A stretch of DNA of 40,341 bases from an uncultured bacterium. GTDB taxonomy: Bacteria > Patescibacteriota > Minisyncoccia > UBA6257 > 2-01-FULL-56-20. Every line of letters starts with the position of its first letter. The first letter of the stretch is position 1. The translations under genes and the position numbers were made by a program. The stretch spans positions 581,552 to 621,892 of the forward strand of contig OY970126.1 in NCBI GenBank assembly GCA_963705915.1, read 5' to 3'. Below, piece by piece: positions 34,353 through 40,341 of this stretch. A model generated the notes under the pieces. The model did not search any database, was not told the DNA's origin, and saw only the letters and a list, made by a program, of their open reading frames with translations.

Positions 34353-35660
34353 TTAATTCGAATCGATAATCCCATTCACCCCCGACTGTGCCGTTTGGAG
34401 CGCCTTCGTTGAGTCGGATGAGCCGTTCAAGACACTCACAATTGCCGCGTTCATGGTGTCGTCAATTTCCGTGGCGTTCACTTCATGCCATGACCGCGCC
34501 GTGAGCGCCTGCGTTCCAAAAACTGACATCACGGGATCGTTTGCGTTCGCCTGGATCGCACTCCGCAGCGCGGGCGGCGTGCCAGTATCATTATTATACA
34601 TGGCGACTTCGCTTTGTGTCGTTGCGAGGGTGATCACAAAATCCCACGCCGAGGCAACCTGGCCATAGCGCGCAACCGCCAGCCCCTCGTAGTTCGGGTA
34701 ATTCACGAAAACCGACGCGTTCGTGGGCTGCGGCATCGGCGCGACGCCGATATCCAAGAACGGCGCCTTCTGCTTGATGTCGTTGATGGCTGAAGCGTAA
34801 TCAAAGAGAATAGCCGTCTTCCCTTGTACAAAACTATCCTCGGCATCACCCATCGAATCATCCCACGTATAGTAGGGCGATCCGGGGTTTGAGAATTGAA
34901 GATAAAAATTGAAGGCGTCGAGGCCAGGGTCTGCGTTATTATTACCATTCGCGAAGACGGCGCTCGAATAGTTCGGCGTCGTCATCTCGGTTCCGTTTTG
35001 GAGCATCAAAAGGTAGAGGATGTCCGTTGCGTTTGCAATGCTTGCGTTCGAGCCGCCGATGGCGGCTGCGGCTTGCGTGAGTTGTCCTTGCGCATCTTCG
35101 ACGCGCAGGCGCGCGACGTCGGCGTCGAAGTCGTCCCAGGTTGTTGGCAATTCAGCGATACCGGCCGAATCAACCAAATCTTTGTTATAAATCATCGCGA
35201 GCGTGTCGAGCGAAAGCGGCAACGCATAAATATTTCCGCCGTCCACGAAATCCTGGCCGACCACGGTGGGAAAATCATTTTGCAGCGTGACCGCGCTGAA
35301 CTGTTCTGCGTTCGCGGTCGGCATCGGCGCGAGGACGTTTTCCCAAATCGGCAAATCGTGATCGTTGATTTCGAAGACATCGGGGCCGGTGCCGGCGGCA
35401 AGCGCACTCAAGAGGTCGGTTTCGTATGAAGCCGGATCGATTTGTTTGTACGTTATCTGTGAGCCCGAGTGCGCTGACTGGTATGCGTTAAACATGTCCG
35501 ACATTGCTTTCGGATCGTCAGTCCCCCACACGAGGAGCTTCGCCTGAGAAGAAGTATTCACATGCCGAAGATTCAAAAAAACGATGATACCGACGATGAT
35601 CACGATAACAAAACCGAACGCAATAATGATGATCTGCTTTTGAGTAAGTTTAGTTGGCAT
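34353..35660 (-). CDS. Extracellular solute-binding protein (sugar-type family 1), TM-anchored
   Basis: LLVWG, ALAAGTGPDVF, IYALPLSLDTLAMIYNKDL, PTTWDDF, FVQGKTAI, VAPMPQ. Confidence 0.9.
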   Translation of the reverse strand: MPTKLTQKQIIIIAFGFVIVIIVGIIVFLNLRHVNTSSQAKLLVWGTDDPKAMSDMFNAYQSAHSGSQITYKQIDPASYETDLLSALAAGTGPDVFEINDHDLPIWENVLAPMPTANAEQFSAVTLQNDFPTVVGQDFVDGGNIYALPLSLDTLAMIYNKDLVDSAGIAELPTTWDDFDADVARLRVEDAQGQLTQAAAAIGGSNASIANATDILYLLMLQNGTEMTTPNYSSAVFANGNNNADPGLDAFNFYLQFSNPGSPYYTWDDSMGDAEDSFVQGKTAILFDYASAINDIKQKAPFLDIGVAPMPQPTNASVFVNYPNYEGLAVARYGQVASAWDFVITLATTQSEVAMYNNDTGTPPALRSAIQANANDPVMSVFGTQALTARSWHEVNATEIDDTMNAAIVSVLNGSSDSTKALQTAQSGVNGIIDSN

Positions 35661-35666
35661 ATTCAG

Positions 35667-35705
35667 GGAAAACGCGGGACGGGACTACCGATGTCCGCGT
35701 TTCCT
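35667..35705. terminator. Hairpin between gyrA and the solute-binding-protein gene
   Basis: GGAAAACGCGG..CCGCGTTTTCC inverted repeat; no clear U-run on minus, may be a processing/stability element. Confidence 0.4.
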
Positions 35706-35726
35706 TTATAAGGAATACGCCGGACG

Positions 35727-38189
35727 CTAGATAACAACGGTTCCCGCCAAACGATCGCCGCTCTTCAAATCCATGATGCGAACGCCTTGCGCCGATCGCC
35801 CGGTTTTGCGGACCGCCGCAAGTTCCGTGCGAATCATTTGGCCTTTCGCGGAAAGCGCGAATACTTCTTTCTGATCTAGAATGACGTGTGCCGAGATGAG
35901 CGGGCCGGTCTTTGGCGTTATCTCAGCCGTCTTGATGCCCGATCCGCCGCGGCTCTGTGTTTTGTATTCCTTGAGCGACGTCTGCTTTGCAAATCCATGC
36001 TCCATCACGACGAGCAATGTCGCTTCTTCTCCTTTATTGATTATATCAAAGCCCGCAACCTCATCGTTCGATTTTTTGAGCTTGATCGCGCGGACGCCGC
36101 TCGCGGTGCGGCCCATCGGGCGCACTTGTTTTTCGTCAAAACGGATCGATTGGCCTTGGCGCGTTGCAAGAACCACCTGGTCGGTGCCGCTCGTGAGGCA
36201 TGCCCACTTCAACTGATCACCCTTCTTGAGTGAAATCGCAATAATGCCGTTGCGACGGATATTTTCAAAATCTTCAAGCGGCGTTTTTTTGATGACGCCA
36301 TTTTTTGTGACCATCATGAGATATTTTCCTTTTATTCCGGTGGCGCCGCCGACGCGCTTGGCGTCTTGCTTTGAAGCGTAGTTCACGATGGCCGTCACGT
36401 TTTCATCGGCCGGCAATTCGAGGAAATTCTGGATGGCGCGGCCCTTTGAAGTGCGCGTGGCCTGGGGGATGTCGTACACCTTGGTCTGGAAGACACGGCC
36501 GCGGTCGGTAAAGAACAATACGTTGTCGTGCGTTCGGGCACTGAAAAAATGCGAAAGGAAGTCTTCATCGGCGACTTCCGAGCCGATGATCCCCTTGCCG
36601 CCGCGGCGCTGGGATTTGAACGTGTCCGGCGGCAGGCGCTTGATATAGCCACCCCCAGACACCGTGACGATGGCGTCTTCGTCTTGAATCAAATCCTCAT
36701 CGCTCATCGCCTCGACGGCGCGCGCGACAACCTGCGTTTTGCGTTCATCGCCGTACTTTTCTTTTAAGTCGGCAACTTCGTCTTTAATAATTTTTAATAT
36801 TCTCGCCGGACTCTTCAAGATGAGTTTCAGCTCCTCGATGAGCGCTTTTTTCTCTTTTAATTCAGCATCGATCTTCTCATGCTCAAGCGCAGCGAGCGTC
36901 TGCAAACGCATTTCGAGAATCGCCGACGCCTGGATGTCGGTGAACTTGAACGTCTTCACAAGATTTGCGTGGGCATCTTCTTTATCTTTCGATTTCTTGA
37001 TCGCCGCAATCACGCGGTCAATCGCATCGAGCGCTTTGGCAAGGCCTTCCAAAATGTGTGCGCGCTCTTCGGCTTTGCGCAAATCAAACTGCGTACGGCG
37101 GCGGATGACTTCTTTGCGGTAGGCAAGATATTCAACCAAGATATCGCGGAGCGTGAGCAGGCGCGGCACGAGACCGCCGTTTTCAGAAACGAGCGCGATC
37201 ATATTCATATTGAAATTCTTCTGGAGCTCGGTGTGCTTGTAGAGCGTGTTCAACACTTTTTGCGGCGGCACGTCGTTCTTCAGTTCAATCACGATGCGCA
37301 TCCCTTCGCGGTCGGATTCATCGCGCAAATCGCGGATGCCCTCAATTTTCTTTTCCTGGGCAAGCTCCGCAATCGTTTTGATGAGTTCGGATTTATTCAC
37401 CTGGTAAGGAATTTCGGTGATGATGATATCAAATTGCTTACCTGCTTTCTGCTCAACAATTTCCGCCTTTGCGCGCGTGAGAATACCGCCGCGGCCGGAG
37501 ATATAGGCTTGCTTGATGGCTTTCGCGTCATAGATAATGCCGCCGGTCGGGAAGTCGGGGCCTTTCACAAATTGCAAAAGGTCTTCGGTTGTTGCATCGG
37601 TATTGTCCGCCAAATATAAAATCGCGTCGGCGATTTCGGTTAGGTTGTGCGTCGGGATGCTCGTCGCCATACCGACTGCAATGCCGAGTGTGCCGTTCAA
37701 AAGAAGGTTTGGTAATTTCGCCGGGAGCACCTTCGGCTCGTCGCGGGTGGCGTCGTAGTTCGGCATCCATGCGACCGTCTCTTTTTCAATGTCAAAAAGC
37801 ATCTCTTCGGCAATACGCGAGAGCTTCGCCTCGGTATACCGATATGCCGCCGGCGCATCACCGTCGATCGAACCGAAGTTCCCCTGTCCGAGAACGAGCG
37901 GATACCGCAACGAAAAATCCTGCGCCATGCGGACCATCGCGTCATACACCGACGAGTCCCCGTGCGGATGGTACCGCGCAAGAACCTGGCCGACCACATT
38001 CGCCGATTTTCGTGTTTTTGCGCTCGCGGTGATTCCGCTGTCCCACATGTCCCACAAAATCCTCCGATGCACCGGCTTCAATCCGTCACGCACGTCCGGC
38101 AGGGCGCGCGCGACGATCACCGACATCGCATAGTCGAGATAGGATTCGCTGAGCTCTTTAGTTATTTCGCGTTTTTCGTAATTTGCCAT
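35727..38189 (-). CDS. gyrA: DNA gyrase subunit A
   Basis: [30 protein letters not shown] (catalytic Tyr), GyrA-box QRRGGKG, C-terminal pinwheel repeats. Confidence 0.98.
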   Translation of the reverse strand: MANYEKREITKELSESYLDYAMSVIVARALPDVRDGLKPVHRRILWDMWDSGITASAKTRKSANVVGQVLARYHPHGDSSVYDAMVRMAQDFSLRYPLVLGQGNFGSIDGDAPAAYRYTEAKLSRIAEEMLFDIEKETVAWMPNYDATRDEPKVLPAKLPNLLLNGTLGIAVGMATSIPTHNLTEIADAILYLADNTDATTEDLLQFVKGPDFPTGGIIYDAKAIKQAYISGRGGILTRAKAEIVEQKAGKQFDIIITEIPYQVNKSELIKTIAELAQEKKIEGIRDLRDESDREGMRIVIELKNDVPPQKVLNTLYKHTELQKNFNMNMIALVSENGGLVPRLLTLRDILVEYLAYRKEVIRRRTQFDLRKAEERAHILEGLAKALDAIDRVIAAIKKSKDKEDAHANLVKTFKFTDIQASAILEMRLQTLAALEHEKIDAELKEKKALIEELKLILKSPARILKIIKDEVADLKEKYGDERKTQVVARAVEAMSDEDLIQDEDAIVTVSGGGYIKRLPPDTFKSQRRGGKGIIGSEVADEDFLSHFFSARTHDNVLFFTDRGRVFQTKVYDIPQATRTSKGRAIQNFLELPADENVTAIVNYASKQDAKRVGGATGIKGKYLMMVTKNGVIKKTPLEDFENIRRNGIIAISLKKGDQLKWACLTSGTDQVVLATRQGQSIRFDEKQVRPMGRTASGVRAIKLKKSNDEVAGFDIINKGEEATLLVVMEHGFAKQTSLKEYKTQSRGGSGIKTAEITPKTGPLISAHVILDQKEVFALSAKGQMIRTELAAVRKTGRSAQGVRIMDLKSGDRLAGTVVI

Positions 38190-38219
38190 ACCCTAGAAAT
38201 TTTTAATACATTTTTGCGC

Positions 38220-38654
38220 TCACTGGCCGGTGCCCGGCGTGATGTTGTAATCCTTCGGCGCCTGCAGCGAACCGCCAATATTTTTCACGCCGCCCGCCAT
38301 ATCGTTATAAAGAGAAACGAAGCCGCTGCCAAGCTGGCTCCAAAAACTTGGTGTATTTGCGGCCGGCGATCCTTGCGCAGCTGGTGTTTGCGCTGCTCCC
38401 GGCTGGATTGCTATCGTGCCCGTTGCTGCGCCGCCTGTGCCCGCACCAGCCACCGCGCTCTGGTTCGCAAGCTCAACAGGATTATTGAGCACAATGCTAT
38501 TGAAATAGCCAACCCAAATATAGACGACCACGACCATGACGACCGCCGTCGCTCCAACGAGAATACGGCGCTTTATCGGCTCTTCGAGCGATTGCAACTG
38601 CGCCAAAAAACTTTTGCTCGCTGATTTCTGCGGAGGGAGGGGTACCTGATCCAT
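38220..38654 (-). CDS. Hypothetical single-TM protein
   Basis: LQSLEEPIKRRIL then TM; in tight operon between the MBL-fold gene and gyrA. Confidence 0.75.
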   Translation of the reverse strand: MDQVPLPPQKSASKSFLAQLQSLEEPIKRRILVGATAVVMVVVVYIWVGYFNSIVLNNPVELANQSAVAGAGTGGAATGTIAIQPGAAQTPAAQGSPAANTPSFWSQLGSGFVSLYNDMAGGVKNIGGSLQAPKDYNITPGTGQ

Positions 38655-38655
38655 G

Positions 38656-39228
38656 TTATGCGGCTTTCAAAACAATAACCCGGCCTTTGTCAGTGGCAAT
38701 ATCTTTTTGTTTAAAAACGAACTTATCCATGTCTTCCGCTTTTTTCCCCGATGCCTTCAAAAAGTCGGCCGGCGATTTATAGAAGCTTGGAATAGTAATG
38801 CGGGCTTCGAGTTGTTTCGCAATCTTTGCCGCAACATCGGGCTCAAGAAAGTGTCCACCGCCGACCGGCAAAAAAAGTACGTCCGGTTCGGAACATTCCT
38901 CCATGATCGTCGCATCGATTGGCTTTGAAAGATGGCCAAGAAAAACGAACTTCATCTCCTCCCATAAAACAACGTACACCGTCTTCAAAAATTTTTCCGT
39001 GGACTCTCCAACAATTTGGAAGCCAGTGATTTCGATTCCTTTCGCCTCATATTCGCCAGGGAATGAAATGGCAACGCCATCGGTTTCCTCTTCGGACCGC
39101 ACGTCAGTCGCCGCAAGCGTCTTTAAACTAATATCGGCCTTCAGCCGATTATTGTCCGAATCGAGGAGGATCGACGTGTCCCCGCTCTGCAGGCGGAAAC
39201 AGCCGTTTCCAAAATAATTGATCACCAT
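38656..39228 (-). CDS. Metallo-beta-lactamase-fold protein (Lactamase_B_3-like), metal motif degenerate
   Basis: INYFGNGCFRL, PGEYEAKGI, FLGHL, DVLFLPVGGG; HxHxDH absent. Confidence 0.8.
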   Translation of the reverse strand: MVINYFGNGCFRLQSGDTSILLDSDNNRLKADISLKTLAATDVRSEEETDGVAISFPGEYEAKGIEITGFQIVGESTEKFLKTVYVVLWEEMKFVFLGHLSKPIDATIMEECSEPDVLFLPVGGGHFLEPDVAAKIAKQLEARITIPSFYKSPADFLKASGKKAEDMDKFVFKQKDIATDKGRVIVLKAA

Positions 39229-39315
39229 GACCCTCCTATTTTAGCAAAAAAATGACCTTGTTTCAATGGGAAATAGCAGTTGCAATTATCGTTTTATTTC
39301 TCTATACTACTTCCC

Positions 39316-40341
39316 ATGCCGCAAATTGAAGAACCAAAGACATCTGCCATAGCGCAGGCGCTCAAAACCGAACTCTCAACGACCGACTGGCCGAAAGAAG
39401 GCAGCGTTGTCGAAGTTTCGCTCATCAAAAAGATGCCCCGCAAAGCCTATTTCGATATGGGCCGTTTTGGCACCGGCATCGTTTATGGCGCAGAAGTTTC
39501 GAATGCCCGTGAAGCCTTACGTGCGATAAATCCCGGCGACAAACTCCAAGCCAAAATCGTAATGCTCGACGGCGAAGAAGGCCTCATTGAACTTTCACTT
39601 TCGGAAGCCGGCAAGCAAAAGCTCTGGCAGCAGGCAAAAGAACTCGCCGAAGCCGGCGAGGTTGTGAAGGCAAAAATCGCAGGCGCAAATGCCGGTGGCC
39701 TCATGGCAATCGTCACGGAAGACCTCAAGGCGTTCTTGCCGGTCTCGCAACTTTCACTCGAACATTACCCGAAAGTTCCGGATGGTGATCGCGTGAAAAT
39801 CGCAGAAGAACTCAAGAAGTTCATTGGCGAAGAGTTGAGCGTCAAAATCATCGACGTCAATCCGCGCACCAATAAAATCATCGTTTCCGAACGCGAAGTG
39901 TTGTCGGCGAACGTCAAAGAATTGCTCTCCGCATACAGTCTCGGCCAAATCGTTGACTGCGTGGTCTCGGGCGTTGCCGACTTCGGCGTTTTCGTCCGCT
40001 TCACCGACAACCCGCAAATCGAAGGCATGATCCACATCTCCGAACTCGATTATAAACTGATCGACAACCCGAAGGAGCTCGTCAAAGTGAATGATGCGCT
40101 CAAGGCCAAAATTATTGATATAAAGGAGGGTCGCGTGTTCCTTTCTCTGAAGGCACTCAAAGAAGATCCGTGGACCAAGATCGGCGATACGTTCAAACCA
40201 GGCCAAGCTGTCCAAGGTAAGGTATATAAGTTCAACCCGTTCGGTGCGGTTGTCGCGCTCGAGAATGACATGCAAGGCATGGTCCACATTTCAGAATTCG
40301 GCGGCCAGGACGAAATGAAGAAAGCGCTCGTCGTCGGCCAG
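39316..40341 (+). CDS. rpsA: 30S ribosomal protein S1 (multiple S1 domains), truncated by window edge
   Basis: Not in ORF track. ATG 39316 (MPQIEEPK); ANAGGL..AFLPVSQL, DFGVFVRF..EGMIHISELD, PFGAVV..GMVHISEF; TTGCAA-17-TATACT promoter. Confidence 0.9.
   Translation, partial: MPQIEEPKTSAIAQALKTELSTTDWPKEGSVVEVSLIKKMPRKAYFDMGRFGTGIVYGAEVSNAREALRAINPGDKLQAKIVMLDGEEGLIELSLSEAGKQKLWQQAKELAEAGEVVKAKIAGANAGGLMAIVTEDLKAFLPVSQLSLEHYPKVPDGDRVKIAEELKKFIGEELSVKIIDVNPRTNKIIVSEREVLSANVKELLSAYSLGQIVDCVVSGVADFGVFVRFTDNPQIEGMIHISELDYKLIDNPKELVKVNDALKAKIIDIKEGRVFLSLKALKEDPWTKIGDTFKPGQAVQGKVYKFNPFGAVVALENDMQGMVHISEFGGQDEMKKALVVGQ

Noticed and set aside
35727-38189. Quinolone-resistance substitution or ParC identity
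   Set aside because: [10 protein letters not shown] keeps Ser83/Asp87 equivalents and the GyrA-box is present
26-40289. Many short and antisense ORFs in the track (e.g. 11698-12387+, 13241-14203+, 36879-37619+, 39754-40287-)
   Set aside because: They lie opposite or within well-supported genes and show no recognisable motifs; shadow ORFs of GC-rich codon usage
1-40341. Alternative genetic code 25 (TGA=Gly)
   Set aside because: Long conserved genes are uninterrupted under code 11 and TGA ends ORFs at sensible positions (16782, 31070, 38220)

Overview
40.3-kb chromosomal segment with the gene content of a Patescibacteria/CPR (Parcubacteria-like) bacterium; this assignment is inferred from gene content. 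Standard code 11 is used (TGA is a stop). Housekeeping genes: hup, clpB, htrA, iscS-like, ftsK, rodZ-like, recA, pnp, rpsO, a Xer recombinase, gyrA and a partial rpsA. Three clear tRNAs (Gly-GCC, Arg-GCG, Leu-TAG) and one tRNA-like gene with an irregular anticodon arm. Envelope genes: two peptidoglycan-binding surface proteins (one 1167 aa, S-layer-like), a class A beta-lactamase-fold protein, five VirB2/TrbC-like pilins (one fused to a lysozyme-like domain), an orphan solute-binding protein and an accessory block of membrane proteins beside tRNA-Leu. Strongest unexplained signals: (1) a helical-bundle + winged-HTH gene whose own promoter and coding sequence carry 16 copies of TTGCCG/CGGCAA (six perfect TTGCCGGATT) in both orientations and several frames; (2) three apparent translation-initiation modes: pervasive leaderless genes, an AAAGGTCG-type motif 17-21 nt before HU and pilin starts, and Shine-Dalgarno sites mostly on accessory genes; (3) several structured intergenic RNA candidates; (4) a ClpB carrying a ClpP-docking-type IGF loop; (5) a dif-like site over the xer promoter. 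All calls are by eye; no searches or folding programs were run.
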